Positions 29,014 through 39,766 of a stretch of 64,000 bases of DNA are shown here, one piece after another. The stretch spans positions 20,933 through 84,932 of the forward strand of contig JBCCVO010000001.1 in the NCBI GenBank assembly GCA_039195235.1. The letters are read 5' to 3'. The position numbers were made by a program, and so were the translations under genes. Position 1 is the stretch's first letter. Each line of letters starts with the position of its first letter. A model generated the notes under the pieces. It was not told the DNA's origin and ran no database searches. It saw only the letters and a list, made by a program, of their open reading frames with translations. This stretch comes from Pseudomonadota bacterium (GTDB lineage Bacteria > Pseudomonadota > Alphaproteobacteria > Sphingomonadales > Sphingomonadaceae).

Positions 29014-29214
29014 CTATTTCTGCAGCAGCATAATGCCCCACGAAAGCCCGGTGCCCGCAAGGAAGAGCGGCCACGACCAGAACACCTTGAAACTGTTGCC
29101 CATCGCCATCGAATGCACGTCAAGATAGCCGCCGCTAGACCCTTGCGAGCCGACGACGAGGGCCACAGAGTACGTCAAAACCACGGCCAGCAACATTGCT
29201 TTCACTACGTCCAT
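29014..29214 (-). CDS. small two-TM membrane protein
   Basis: 66 aa, hydrophobic, purine-rich RBS; converges on the rpsI terminator. Confidence 0.7.
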   Translation of the reverse strand: MDVVKAMLLAVVLTYSVALVVGSQGSSGGYLDVHSMAMGNSFKVFWSWPLFLAGTGLSWGIMLLQK

Positions 29215-29350
29215 ACTTACCCCCTTCTTCGCCAAGCTGAGCATTCAAACACGCCAAAACCGATCGCGCAAAAGCACGCGCCGGATTTCACTGACGAACG
29301 TCACCAACAATTCGTTACTGTGAATACGCTAAAAAAGGTTAAGAACTCGC

Positions 29351-30112
29351 TCAGGTGTTTTGCGTGGCATATTTGCCTAGCCGTCTGAGATCGACATCTA
29401 TCGCTCCACCCGGGCCGCAAGTGAGCACCTGATAGGACGCTGGTTCACCATGGCGCAGCCGTGTGGACATAGTTCCCGCGCCAATCATCCGCATGCCGTG
29501 ATCGCCCGCCTGCCGGACATTGTCGAACGGGTGGTGGACATGCCCGGAAATCACCGCATCAGCCCCCACAGCAGCGATTGCCGCAAAGGCGCGATCGCCG
29601 CCGATAGTCGGATTGCGGCGGCCATTAGCGGGGCCCAGCAAAGGGTGGTGCGCCGTCACTATCTTCGTCCGCGCGTCACTTTTCAACGCAGCCAGCAGAC
29701 CCAGCGTCTTGCTCAAAGCCTTTCGCGTCACAACCCCGTCAGACCAGGGAAAACGCGGTTGGGCGCGTACCACCGTCTTCAACGGCACCAGCACCACATC
29801 GTCTGATTCCAATGTGCTTCCCACGGCTCGCTCCAACCGGCGATAGCGGCGATACGGGTCAGTGAACCGCTCCCACATGTTGTAATACGGCATGTCGTGG
29901 TTGCCTGGATCTAGCACCACCGGCACTCCAAGAGAGGCAAACCAGTCGGCCGCGGCAGCATATTGGCCATGCGTCGCACGCTGGGTCAGGTCGCCCGTGC
30001 AGACCAGCGCGTCGGGCTTCTCCTGTGCAACCGCCTCAGCGATCTGGATCAACGCATCGCGATCTTCGACCCCGAAATGCACATCGCTCATATGAAACAG
30101 GCGGGTTGTCAT
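29351..30112 (-). CDS. calcineurin-like metallophosphoesterase
   Basis: SDVHFG, TGDLT, PGNHD, HHP, SGHVH. Confidence 0.92.
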   Translation of the reverse strand: MTTRLFHMSDVHFGVEDRDALIQIAEAVAQEKPDALVCTGDLTQRATHGQYAAAADWFASLGVPVVLDPGNHDMPYYNMWERFTDPYRRYRRLERAVGSTLESDDVVLVPLKTVVRAQPRFPWSDGVVTRKALSKTLGLLAALKSDARTKIVTAHHPLLGPANGRRNPTIGGDRAFAAIAAVGADAVISGHVHHPFDNVRQAGDHGMRMIGAGTMSTRLRHGEPASYQVLTCGPGGAIDVDLRRLGKYATQNT

Positions 30113-30168
30113 GGTGCTCAATCCAAAGCGTGATTATCGCGACGCTGCAACGGCAAATACGAATCCGT

Positions 30169-30441
30169 TCAGACCCGGCCCGATAGGATCAGCCATGCAG
30201 CAAGTGCGTTTAGCGCGGTGTAGGCCAGATAGGCCCAGGCCAGCATCGGCCACCCATTGGCCGCCAGCAACAAGGCGGCCAGCAGCACCAGAAACTCCGC
30301 CACGAGCGACAACCGTCCGCCAAGCACCTGTACGTACCCCGGAATCTGCCCCATCAGCGGATGCCCGCTTTCGAGCACCGCGCGGTGCAGGGCGAAGTTG
30401 CCGATACCCAGCAACGCTATAATCACAACAGCGAAGGTCAT
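30169..30441 (-). CDS. small membrane protein
   Basis: 90 aa with three hydrophobic segments. Confidence 0.7.
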   Translation of the reverse strand: MTFAVVIIALLGIGNFALHRAVLESGHPLMGQIPGYVQVLGGRLSLVAEFLVLLAALLLAANGWPMLAWAYLAYTALNALAAWLILSGRV

Positions 30442-30526
30442 ACATGACAGTATGGCGTAAACGCCCGTCGGGTGGAAACACCCTTTTGTCGGTAAGATTA
30501 GGTCGTCGGTCCTTTTGCTGCTGCAT

Positions 30527-30555
30527 CAATCGAGGCCAATCCACCCGCAATCGAG
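30527..30555 (+). promoter_or_regulatory. direct repeat with 21-bp period, candidate LytTR site
   Basis: CAATCGAG at 30527 and 30548, upstream of urcA and next to the LytTR system. Confidence 0.45.
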
Positions 30556-30666
30556 CAATAAATGATCACGCGAGGAGGTTGGTCTAGTTCTTACTTCGAC
30601 AGGGCGCCTTTCAACCCCGTTTGACCCCCGATCAAACAAAGGCGTTCTGGCATGGAGGATAACAGA

Positions 30667-30975
30667 ATGAAGACTTTTGCATTGGCAGCTGCTGCTTTCG
30701 GCCTTGCCGTGACCGCCACCCCCGCATTTGCTGGCTCTCAAGACAAGCAATCGCTCGACGTGAGCTTCGCCGGGCTCGATTTGTCGACCGCTGAAGGCCA
30801 GAAGGCACTGGAAAAACGGATTGAAACTGCGGCTCGCAAATTGTGCGGCGTCGACGCGGTGCGCACGGGCACCCGGATGAAATCACAGTCATCAGTCACT
30901 TGTTACAAAGAAGCAGTGGCCAGCGCGAAGCGCCAGGTCGCCGCGGCGGTCGCCGATCAACAGCGCGGCGGCTGA
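30667..30975 (+). CDS. UrcA-family periplasmic protein
   Basis: Signal peptide; VSFAGLDLSTAEGQKALEKRIETAARKLC and second Cys; RBS GGAGG. Confidence 0.88.
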   Translation: MKTFALAAAAFGLAVTATPAFAGSQDKQSLDVSFAGLDLSTAEGQKALEKRIETAARKLCGVDAVRTGTRMKSQSSVTCYKEAVASAKRQVAAAVADQQRGG

Positions 30976-31008
30976 TACCAGCTACCCCTGCACCTTTTAG
31001 GTGCAAAC

Positions 31009-31056
31009 TGCGGTCCGAGCTTCTCCAGTCCCGAAGTTCGGACCGCACCATTTTTT
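31009..31056 (+). terminator. 15-bp hairpin followed by U-tract
   Basis: TGCGGTCCGAGCTTC-tccagtccc-GAAGTTCGGACCGCA-cca-TTTTTT. Confidence 0.75.
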
Positions 31057-31089
31057 CCGATTCGTCACGCGAATAGTATCGTCCGCCGC

Positions 31090-31845
31090 CTAGCGACCGG
31101 CCATTGCCTTCACTTTCGACAGGTAAGTTCGCCCGATCCGCAGCGCATCGCCATTCTGCAATTCAGCCGACCATACGCCGAGTCCATCGTGGCGCAGCCC
31201 GCGAATGTTGTCGCGGCGCAGGATGGTCGAGCGGTGGATCCGAATATACTCGTCGGGATCGAGCCGCTTTTCCAGGCCTGCAATGGTCTGAAGCAACAGA
31301 TAGGAGCGGACCTGTTCCGGGTCGCCGACATGCAACCGCACGTAGTCGCGCTCAGCGTCAATCCTATGCACTTCGTTCACTGCGATGCGCAACAATTCCG
31401 AACGATGCGGCACCCACAATTCGTCAAGCCACTCGCTCGCTTTTTCCTTGCGCTCCCCTCGTCGCGCGACCGCACGCTCGATAGCGCGCTCCAGCCGGTC
31501 GGCTGAAACGGGCTTCAGGACATAATCGATCGCTTCCAGATCGAAGGCTTCGACTGCAAAATGATCATGCGCGGTCACGAAAATCACCGCAGGGGGTGTT
31601 TCGCTCTCAGCAAGCTTGCGGGCAACGCCAAGACCATCAAGCTCTGGCATCGTCATGTCGAGCAGTACGAGGTCAGGATCAAGCTTGTCAGCGAGCCGCA
31701 GCGCAGCCGCGCCATCGCTCGCGGTACCGACCACGCGAATGGAATCGATCTCGGCACAGATCACCTGGATCCGCTCAACCGCCAAAGGCTCATCATCGAC
31801 GATGAGAGTGCGCAGTGCGCCAGTTTCTGTCTCGTTATCAACCAT
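31090..31845 (-). CDS. LytTR-family response regulator
   Basis: IVDDEPLA, LLDMTMP, AFDLEAIDYVLKP, RIHRSTI. Confidence 0.93.
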   Translation of the reverse strand: MVDNETETGALRTLIVDDEPLAVERIQVICAEIDSIRVVGTASDGAAALRLADKLDPDLVLLDMTMPELDGLGVARKLAESETPPAVIFVTAHDHFAVEAFDLEAIDYVLKPVSADRLERAIERAVARRGERKEKASEWLDELWVPHRSELLRIAVNEVHRIDAERDYVRLHVGDPEQVRSYLLLQTIAGLEKRLDPDEYIRIHRSTILRRDNIRGLRHDGLGVWSAELQNGDALRIGRTYLSKVKAMAGR

Positions 31846-33073
31846 GCCTGGTGAGTGGAATCCGGATTTCAGTGAGATAGCCGCCCGGAACAGAGCCTGA
31901 TGTCAGGGCGATATCGCTTCCAAAGCGCGCTTCAAGCCGGTCGCTGACATTGGCGAGGCCGATGCCAAAGCCATGCGCCATGCCTTCGGGCACGCCGGGA
32001 CCATCATCTGAGACTGTAACGACCAGTCGATCGAATTCTTCGCGCGCAGTAACTCTGATCGTGACCTCCCGACTGACAGCGGACACTGCATATTTGACCG
32101 AGTTTTCGATCAGCGGTTGTAGGATCATGCCCGGAACGCGCGCCTCCTCAAGATCCTCGGGAAGATCGAATACGCAGGTCAAACGTTCGGGGAACCGGAC
32201 CGCCTCAATATCGAGATAGAGCTTTTGCAGGTCAAATTCGTCTTTCAGCGGCACATCAGAGGTCGGATCATCGGCAAGGCTGTGGCGATAGAAGCGGCTA
32301 ATCGTCTGGATCATCCGCTCGGCGCGCTCACCTTTGCCCGTCATGACCAGTGCCGAAAGCGAGTTCAATGTGTTGAACAGGAAGTGCGGATTGACCTGAT
32401 ATCGCAGCGAGCGCAATTCTGCGGCCTTGGCGGCGGACCGGAACTGCTCCTCTCGTCGTTCAGCAGCACGCGCCTGGGCGATTGCCAGAAGCGCGATATA
32501 GAAGGCGGACCAGGTCAACAGGATGTAATACCGGCTGAGCGCGGAATCGACGATCGGCTGCCACCGCCCGCCTTTGTCTTTGGCGTCTTGCAGGGTGACG
32601 GTGATCATCGGCTGCTTCGGCGCGCCCTCCTCGTCCTCCGATTCGACTTCCCAATCAACGGGTTGGGGTATCTCGGCGAGCAGGTTACCGGCTTCGTCGC
32701 GGCGGATGCTGAAACCGCGCTCCTCGGCAAACTTGCGTTCCATTTTTTCGTTGATGGGTGCGAACAACGCTTGGTTAAGCTGCGAGACAAGCAAAGCCGC
32801 TGGCAAAGCCGCTACCATCGCGACGCCGATCATGATCCAGCGCTTGCGGCCCTCAAACAGGCGTAAAATAGTCCAGATAAAGAGTGTTACACAAACCCCG
32901 ACTGCACAAACAATCGTGCGCCGCCAGAGTATTTCAAAATCTGCGCCGTATCCGATGAGGGAGCTGCGTGCGCTGATCAGCACGAAATAGAAAGTCCACA
33001 GCCCGACCGCCGAAAATATGACGGTCCGCAGGGGCACGCTTGGCTGCGCTTCGACGAGTTGAGCTTTATCCAT
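31838..33073 (-). CDS. LytS/YehU-type sensor histidine kinase
   Basis: LRYQVNPHFLFNTLN, LQPLIENSVKY, DDGPG, GIGLANV; N-terminal TM segments. Confidence 0.93.
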   Translation of the reverse strand: MDKAQLVEAQPSVPLRTVIFSAVGLWTFYFVLISARSSLIGYGADFEILWRRTIVCAVGVCVTLFIWTILRLFEGRKRWIMIGVAMVAALPAALLVSQLNQALFAPINEKMERKFAEERGFSIRRDEAGNLLAEIPQPVDWEVESEDEEGAPKQPMITVTLQDAKDKGGRWQPIVDSALSRYYILLTWSAFYIALLAIAQARAAERREEQFRSAAKAAELRSLRYQVNPHFLFNTLNSLSALVMTGKGERAERMIQTISRFYRHSLADDPTSDVPLKDEFDLQKLYLDIEAVRFPERLTCVFDLPEDLEEARVPGMILQPLIENSVKYAVSAVSREVTIRVTAREEFDRLVVTVSDDGPGVPEGMAHGFGIGLANVSDRLEARFGSDIALTSGSVPGGYLTEIRIPLTRHG

Positions 33074-33193
33074 GGACGAATCGACAGGTAGTCATTCGGT
33101 CGGGGATCGCATAGGTCTGCTCCGGCGGATCATCGGACTGGGTCATGCCTTGGTCGAATGCTGGACATATTGGCGAACTATTGAGCCGAAATC

Positions 33194-34627
33194 CTAGTCT
33201 TTGGGCTTGATCATCTCAGCGGGCACGATCCATTCGGCGAATTGCTCTTCACTCAGCAAGCCGAGCTCCATACCCGCTTCTTTCAATGTTGTGCCATCCG
33301 CATGCGCTTTCTTCGCGATCTTGGCCGCGTTGTCATAGCCGATATGCGGGTTGAGCGCAGTCACCAGCATCAGGCTCTCATTCATAAGCTTATCGATGCG
33401 ATCAGTGTTCGCTTCGATCCCGACCACGCAATGGTCGGCGAAGCTGCGGACCGAGTCCGACAGCAGGCGGATCGATTGCAGCACGTTGTAGATCATGACC
33501 GGCTTGAACACGTTGAGCTCCAGATGACCGTTTGACCCCGCTATGCTCACGGTGGTGTGATTGCCCATCACCTGCGCGCATACCATCGTCAGCGCCTCGC
33601 ACTGGGTCGGGTTTACCTTGCCCGGCATGATCGAAGAGCCTGGCTCATTCGCGGGAAGCGATATCTCACCCAACCCCGAGCGAGGGCCGGAACCCAGCAA
33701 ACGGATATCATTGGCAATTTTCATCAGGCTGACGCCGACCGAATTAAGCGCTCCCGACAGCTCGACCAGTGCGTCATGCGCCGCGAGCGCTTCGAACTTG
33801 TTGGCCGCAGTCACGAAATCGTGGCCGGTCGAGGAAGCGACCTGCGCTGCGAACTTCTCCGCGAATCCGGTCTTGGAATTGATCCCGGTGCCGACCGCCG
33901 TGCCGCCCTGCGCCAGTTCAAGCACACGTGGCAGGGCGTTTTCGAGCCGCGCGATGCTGTATTCGACCTGCTTGGCGTAGCCGGAAAACTCCTGGCCCAA
34001 GGTCAATGGCGTTGCATCCTGCAAATGCGTGCGGCCAATCTTGACGATATCGGCAAACGCTGTTGCCTTCGCGTCGAGCGCGCCATGGAGATGCTGCAAG
34101 GCAGGGATCAACTGCTCTGCGGTCTCGCTCGCCGCAGCGATGTGCATTGCCGTCGGAAAAGTATCGTTCGACGACTGACCCATGTTGCAGTGATCGTTGG
34201 GGTGCACCGGCTCTTTGCCACCATGCTGGCCGGTCAGAATCTGGTTCGCTCGACTGGCGATCACTTCGTTGGCGTTCATGTTCGATTGCGTGCCCGACCC
34301 GGTCTGCCAGACGCTCAAGGGAAACTGGCTCGCCAGCGTCCCGTCGATCACTTCGCCCGCAGCCTGGACGATTGCATCGCCCAGCTTCGCATCGAGCACG
34401 CCAAGCTCCATATTCGCCCTGGCGGCGGATTGTTTCTGGATTCCAAGCGCTTTTACCAGCGGAGCGGGCATGGTTTCGGTGCCAATCGCAAAGTTGGCGA
34501 GGCTGCGCTGCGTCTGCGCACCCCAATGACCATCTGCTGGCACGGCCACTTCGCCAAGCGAATCGGTTTCGACGCGAACAACGCCCTTTGCACCGAAAAT
34601 CTCGCCATCATTACGAATGTCGCTCAT
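33194..34627 (-). CDS. fumC: fumarate hydratase class II
   Basis: [37 protein letters not shown]. Confidence 0.97.
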   Translation of the reverse strand: MSDIRNDGEIFGAKGVVRVETDSLGEVAVPADGHWGAQTQRSLANFAIGTETMPAPLVKALGIQKQSAARANMELGVLDAKLGDAIVQAAGEVIDGTLASQFPLSVWQTGSGTQSNMNANEVIASRANQILTGQHGGKEPVHPNDHCNMGQSSNDTFPTAMHIAAASETAEQLIPALQHLHGALDAKATAFADIVKIGRTHLQDATPLTLGQEFSGYAKQVEYSIARLENALPRVLELAQGGTAVGTGINSKTGFAEKFAAQVASSTGHDFVTAANKFEALAAHDALVELSGALNSVGVSLMKIANDIRLLGSGPRSGLGEISLPANEPGSSIMPGKVNPTQCEALTMVCAQVMGNHTTVSIAGSNGHLELNVFKPVMIYNVLQSIRLLSDSVRSFADHCVVGIEANTDRIDKLMNESLMLVTALNPHIGYDNAAKIAKKAHADGTTLKEAGMELGLLSEEQFAEWIVPAEMIKPKD

Positions 34628-34773
34628 CGAAGCCTTCCTTCTGCCCGTCGATTGAAGGCTCCCATAAGCATCGCGGATCAGACACGTCAAAGCTCTTGTA
34701 GATCAAATGTCATATAGTGGCCGATTACGTGGCCAAATACCTTGGAAGAGCAAGTCGCTGAGGCTAGGAAGGG

Positions 34774-34805
34774 TTGACGTGCTGTGTTGTGTTACTAATA
34801 CAGCA
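34774..34805 (+). promoter_or_regulatory. promoter (-35 TTGACG) overlapped by an operator palindrome
   Basis: TGCTGTGTT-N8-AATACAGCA at 34780-34805, before pcm-tolC. Confidence 0.55.
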
Positions 34806-34818
34806 ATCCGGAGTTTGC

Positions 34819-35424
34819 ATGAACAGTACCGCCAAAACCTTTGATACTACCGCCGCACGCCGGGCGATGATCGACAGCCAGCTGCGGACCAGCGGGGTGA
34901 ACGAAGAATTCGTTCTCGCGCGAATGATGGCCGTGCCGCGCGAGGACTTTCTCTCTGATGACAAGGCCACGATCGCTTATATCGATCGCGCGGTAACGCT
35001 TTCAAATGGCGGACACCTCGCCTCGCCGCTGTTTTACGGCAAGCTTATGATCGAAGCAGCCCCGATGCCGGATGACCGCGTGCTCGTGGTCGAGGGAGGT
35101 ACCGGTTATCTTGCTGAATTGCTGCGTCCTCTGGTCACCGAAGTGGATGTGATGAGCGCCGCCGACGCAGCGGGTGCGAGCGGATCGAAGGCCAAGACCT
35201 ACTCGCTCGTTGTAATCGACGGCGCGATTGAGCAACTGCCCGATGAGCTCGCTGGGCAGATTGAAGATGGCGGGCGGATCGTATCTGGTCTGCTGCTGCG
35301 TCAGGTTACTCGCCTTGCCGCGGGTCGCAAGATCGCAGGCAACGTCTCGCTGCTGCCTGTCGAAGATATCGGCATTCCCGTGCTTCGTGTATTCGAAAAG
35401 CCGAAGAGCTGGTCCTTTTCATGA
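34819..35424 (+). CDS. pcm: protein-L-isoaspartate O-methyltransferase family
   Basis: ARRAMIDSQLR, VPREDF, AYIDR, GTGY; pcm-tolC-popZ order. Confidence 0.85.
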   Translation: MNSTAKTFDTTAARRAMIDSQLRTSGVNEEFVLARMMAVPREDFLSDDKATIAYIDRAVTLSNGGHLASPLFYGKLMIEAAPMPDDRVLVVEGGTGYLAELLRPLVTEVDVMSAADAAGASGSKAKTYSLVVIDGAIEQLPDELAGQIEDGGRIVSGLLLRQVTRLAAGRKIAGNVSLLPVEDIGIPVLRVFEKPKSWSFS

Positions 35425-36887
35425 TGAGCCGCAAAGGTCGCCTTTTCGCTCTGAGTCTCGGTGCTGCGTGCTCCGCAATCGCGCTTGCCGCGCCGGTGCA
35501 GGCCGATACATTGCGTGAAGCATTGACAAGCGCTTACAACACCAACCCGACACTCGCAGGGGCTCGCGCGGATTTACGCGCAACCGACGAAGACGTGCCG
35601 ATAAACGTCGCGCAGGGTACGCCGACGGTAACTACGACAGCGACTTACGTCGAATTTGTCCGCCAGTCGGCGAACGCCTTTACCGCCCCCGAACGCAACC
35701 TTGGCGTGAATACGCAGCTGCAGGTCCCGATCTATTCGGGTGGTGCAGTCAGAAACGGTATCAAGGCGTCAAGAGAGCGGATCCAGGCGGGTCGCGCGAC
35801 CCTGCGCGGAACAGAAAGCTCTGTCTTTAGTCAAACTGTCGCCGCCTACATGGATGTGCTGCGCACCGAGGCTTTGGCGAGCCTCGCGCAGAATCAGGTC
35901 GACGTTCTGACGGTTAACCTTGAGGCGACCAGTGATCGCTTCGAAATCGGGGATCTGACCCGCACCGATGTCGCCCAGTCACAGTCGCGCCTTGCCGTGG
36001 CTCAGGGCGAATTGCGTACCGCGATGGCAAACCTCATTTCCGCGCGGGAGACCTATATCCAGCTTGTCGGCAAAGCACCGACCCAGCTTGAAGCGCCGCC
36101 ACCCTTGCCCAACCTGCCTGACACTGTCGGGCTGGCGGTGGTTTCTGCGTTGGAAAACAATCCTGATCTGATCGCGGCAAAGGAAAATGCCGAGGCAGCC
36201 GGGTTCGACACGGAGGTCGCAGGCGCCGCTCGTCTTCCAACACTGGGCGCATTCGCTAGCGCCGACTATTCGAACTTCTTCGGCAGCCTGGGCGGGCCGA
36301 TCGCGGCCGATTTCGTGCAAGAAGAAGTCACAGGCAATATTGGCCTGCAACTGACCATCCCAATCTTTCAGGGCGGCCTGACCGCGGCGCGCCAACGGCA
36401 GGCCGGCGCACGCGAGACAAGCGCACTCGAACAGGTGATCGCGACCGAGCGAAACGTGATCCAGCAGGTCCGCGCAGCCTATGCCAATTGGCAGGCCTCG
36501 AATGCAGTAATCGAAAGTTCCAAGGTTGCTGTAGAGAGCGCCGAAGTCAGCCTCGAGGGCGTGCGAGCGGAAAATTCAATCGGAAACCGCACCATCCTTG
36601 ACGTTCTCAACGCGGAACAGGAGCTGCTGCAATCGCGCTCCCAGCTGGTGACGGCACGACGCAACGCTTATGTTGCCGGCTTTACCTTGCTCGCTGCCAT
36701 GGGGCGCGCCGAAGCACGCGACCTTAACCTTGATACGGGCGGGCCGCTCTATGACCCGGTCATCAACGCCGACCGGGTTAAGAACAAGCTGTGGGACTGG
36801 GACCGTGATCCGGAGCCTGAGGCAACTGCGACCCGAACCAATGACATTCCAGCGGCAGACGCAATGATCGGGCCACCCGACGAATAA
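35421..36887 (+). CDS. tolC: TolC-family outer-membrane protein
   Basis: TLREALTSAYNTNP, RFEIGDLTRTDVAQ, GNRTILDVLNAEQE. Confidence 0.92.
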   Translation: MMSRKGRLFALSLGAACSAIALAAPVQADTLREALTSAYNTNPTLAGARADLRATDEDVPINVAQGTPTVTTTATYVEFVRQSANAFTAPERNLGVNTQLQVPIYSGGAVRNGIKASRERIQAGRATLRGTESSVFSQTVAAYMDVLRTEALASLAQNQVDVLTVNLEATSDRFEIGDLTRTDVAQSQSRLAVAQGELRTAMANLISARETYIQLVGKAPTQLEAPPPLPNLPDTVGLAVVSALENNPDLIAAKENAEAAGFDTEVAGAARLPTLGAFASADYSNFFGSLGGPIAADFVQEEVTGNIGLQLTIPIFQGGLTAARQRQAGARETSALEQVIATERNVIQQVRAAYANWQASNAVIESSKVAVESAEVSLEGVRAENSIGNRTILDVLNAEQELLQSRSQLVTARRNAYVAGFTLLAAMGRAEARDLNLDTGGPLYDPVINADRVKNKLWDWDRDPEPEATATRTNDIPAADAMIGPPDE

Positions 36888-36962
36888 GGTTCTGATGCTG
36901 GGTCCCGTTTCGGTACACTCCGTGCTAGACTTGGCAGGTAATACGATTAAGTTGACGCGCCT

Positions 36963-37487
36963 ATGGCACAAGACAGCGAAGCATCGGTCGAAGAAATTCT
37001 GGAATCGATCAAGAAAGTGATCGCCCGCGACAATCGCGATGGTGCGATCCAGGCGCGTCGACGTCTTGAAGCGGAGGCTGAAGAAGCGGAAGCGGAAGCT
37101 ACTCAAACACCACCTGACGGAGCCGTTGAACCGGACACTGTAACAGCCGATGCGGCTGGCGGTTCCGAGGAAGTGCTTGATCTCGCTGAAATGGAATTCG
37201 CCGACGAGATCGAAGACGGTGATGACGGAAGAAGCAGTAGCGCCGAAATCCCGCTGATCGCCGAAGAAGTGCGCGGCGCGATGCAGGAAAATCTCGCAGC
37301 GCTGGCCATGCTGGCCGAGCCGGGCGCTAAACCGCAAATTGTACGCTCGGGCGAAACCTCACTCGAAGGACTCACCCGCGAATTGCTCCGGCCGATGCTG
37401 GCTGAATGGCTCGACCGGAACCTTCCGGGGATGGTCGAAAAGCTTGTACAGGCCGAAATCGCGCGGATTGCTGGCAAGAAGCGCTGA
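36963..37487 (+). CDS. popZ: pole-organizing protein PopZ (DUF2497)
   Basis: SVEEILESIKKVI helix, acidic linker, ELLRPMLAEWLDRNLP...EIARI. Confidence 0.92.
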   Translation: MAQDSEASVEEILESIKKVIARDNRDGAIQARRRLEAEAEEAEAEATQTPPDGAVEPDTVTADAAGGSEEVLDLAEMEFADEIEDGDDGRSSSAEIPLIAEEVRGAMQENLAALAMLAEPGAKPQIVRSGETSLEGLTRELLRPMLAEWLDRNLPGMVEKLVQAEIARIAGKKR

Positions 37488-37562
37488 CGTCACACGCGCT
37501 AAAGCGGTCGATTGTCGCGGTTTCGCTGGCTTAGTCGCACCTCTCCCGTTAAGTCCGTCCCC

Positions 37563-39764
37563 ATGCAAGGGATGCTTAGAATCGTGGCTGCCTCGGCAGT
37601 CGCAGCAACCGTTTCGGCGCCGCTACTCGCCGACAACCACACCGTAAGAGAGGGCGCGTCTACCGCTCGCACGATACCTGGACTTTCCGCTCCACCGATG
37701 TCCGCCGTGGATCTGGTCACCATGCCACGCCTTGGCGGGCCGACAGTGACGCCATTTGGTCGCTACGCAGTCTATTCTGTCACTGAAACAGATCCCGAGA
37801 GCTATGAGCGGACGCGCAATCACTACGTTCTCGACCTCGCGCAACCCTATGCTCAGCCGGTTACAATCGATCTCGGCATCGACGGTCATTCGCTTGCGTT
37901 CGGCGCTGATAACTTCCTCTATTTCCTGAGTGTCGAAAGCACCGACGAAGAGGCGGAACTGCGCTCTCGCCTCTGGCGCGTCGCGCTTGAAGGGGCGGGC
38001 GATGTCACCGGGCCCATGCCTGTCGCCGATATCCCCGGCACCGATATTGCCGGTTTCAAAATCGCGCCGAGCGGCGACAAGATTGCCCTTTGGGCCGAGG
38101 TTTCACGCGATTGCCCGCGTCTAGGCTGCGAAGAGGATGGCACAGCCAGCTTTCCCAGGCCCGGCAGCGGGAGGCTCTACGAAGGCGACGGTGGCTTCTT
38201 CCGGCATTGGGACCGCTGGTCGACACCTGACACATTCAACCGTGTATTTGTGTTCGGATTGGAAGACGGAGCGCTGATCGGCGACGGCGTCCCCGCAGAT
38301 GGACGCGATCCCGCAACCGGAGTGACCGGCAACACACCGACCATGCCATTTGGTGGCGGTGAGGATATTGCGTGGGCCGTAGATAGCTCTGGCGTCTATT
38401 TTGTCGCCCGCGAAGCCGGGAAGCAAGAGCCGTTCTCGACCGACTTCGACATCTACTTCTCAGACCTATCGGGGTCCGCGCCGAGCGAAGTGACCGCGGC
38501 CAATGAAGCGCTCGATACGGCACCAACGCCTTCGCCCGACGGCAAATACCTTGCCTACCTTGCAATGACGCGCCCCGGATACGAATCCGACCGTATGGTC
38601 GTGCAAATGCGCGATCTGGAAACCGGTGAGACACGCGCGCTGACGCAGGATGTCGACCTGTCATTCGGAAGCCTGACGTGGTCCGCTGATGGTCGGTACC
38701 TGCTCGCGACCGCTGGAGATGTGCTCGATACACCAGTGTTCCGGATCGATCCGAGAACAGGTGAGACGACCAAACTCGATCTGATGGCAGGCAATGAAGC
38801 GCATATCGGCAATCTGACAACACTGCCGGGCGACCGCCTGCTGTTCACGCGCGATTCGATCGGTTCACCAAACGAACTCTTCCTCTCGACTGGATTCACG
38901 CAAGCACTGCCGCTGACCGACGCCGTGACCACCCATATGGGCAAGAAGGCCTCGACCGTCACGACACGCTTCAGCTTTGCCGGTGCTGATGGTGAGACCG
39001 TCTGGGGGCAGATCACCCGACTTGAAGAGCAGAAGGGGCCGATCCCGGCAATCCTTTACATCCATGGAGGACCGCAGGGTTCTTTCAGTGATCGCTGGTC
39101 CTCACGCTGGAACCCGCGCGTGGTCGCCAGTCAAGGCTACGCAGTGATCTCGATCGATTTCCACGGCAGCACCGGATACGGGCAGGCCTTCACCGACGCG
39201 ATCAACAAGGACTGGGGTGGCAAGCCGCTGATCGACCTTCAGGAAGGTCTCGCCGCCGCGCTGGCACTCGACCCGCAGATTGATGGCACCCGCGCATGCG
39301 CGATGGGCGCAAGCTATGGTGGCTATATGATCAACTGGATCGCAGGGAACTGGTCTGACCGGTTCGATTGCCTTGTTCAGCACGATGGCCTGTTCGACAT
39401 GCGCAGCTTCTACTACTCAACCGAAGAACTGTGGTTTCCGCGCTGGGATTTCGGCGGATCATACAGCGAGGCGCGCGAGGTCTACGAACGCTGGAACCCG
39501 GTGAACCATGTCGACAAGTGGCAGACGCCGATGCTGGTGATCACGGGTGAAAAGGACTTCCGCGTGCCTTACAGCCAGGGTCTGCAAAGCTTCACCGCAT
39601 TGCAGGAACGTGAAATCCCGTCACAGTTGTTGGTATTCCCGGATGAGAATCACTGGGTGCTCGGTGCAGAGAACTCGCTGCAGTGGCACAACACCGTATT
39701 CGACTGGCTCGATCGGTGGTTGAGCGAGGGTGCAGAAATCCCCAAAGCCGACGCCGCCGAATAG
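37563..39764 (+). CDS. S9-family secreted serine peptidase
   Basis: Signal peptide, IHGGPQ, GASYGG, KDFRV, DENHW. Confidence 0.93.
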   Translation: MQGMLRIVAASAVAATVSAPLLADNHTVREGASTARTIPGLSAPPMSAVDLVTMPRLGGPTVTPFGRYAVYSVTETDPESYERTRNHYVLDLAQPYAQPVTIDLGIDGHSLAFGADNFLYFLSVESTDEEAELRSRLWRVALEGAGDVTGPMPVADIPGTDIAGFKIAPSGDKIALWAEVSRDCPRLGCEEDGTASFPRPGSGRLYEGDGGFFRHWDRWSTPDTFNRVFVFGLEDGALIGDGVPADGRDPATGVTGNTPTMPFGGGEDIAWAVDSSGVYFVAREAGKQEPFSTDFDIYFSDLSGSAPSEVTAANEALDTAPTPSPDGKYLAYLAMTRPGYESDRMVVQMRDLETGETRALTQDVDLSFGSLTWSADGRYLLATAGDVLDTPVFRIDPRTGETTKLDLMAGNEAHIGNLTTLPGDRLLFTRDSIGSPNELFLSTGFTQALPLTDAVTTHMGKKASTVTTRFSFAGADGETVWGQITRLEEQKGPIPAILYIHGGPQGSFSDRWSSRWNPRVVASQGYAVISIDFHGSTGYGQAFTDAINKDWGGKPLIDLQEGLAAALALDPQIDGTRACAMGASYGGYMINWIAGNWSDRFDCLVQHDGLFDMRSFYYSTEELWFPRWDFGGSYSEAREVYERWNPVNHVDKWQTPMLVITGEKDFRVPYSQGLQSFTALQEREIPSQLLVFPDENHWVLGAENSLQWHNTVFDWLDRWLSEGAEIPKADAAE

Positions 39765-39766
39765 AC

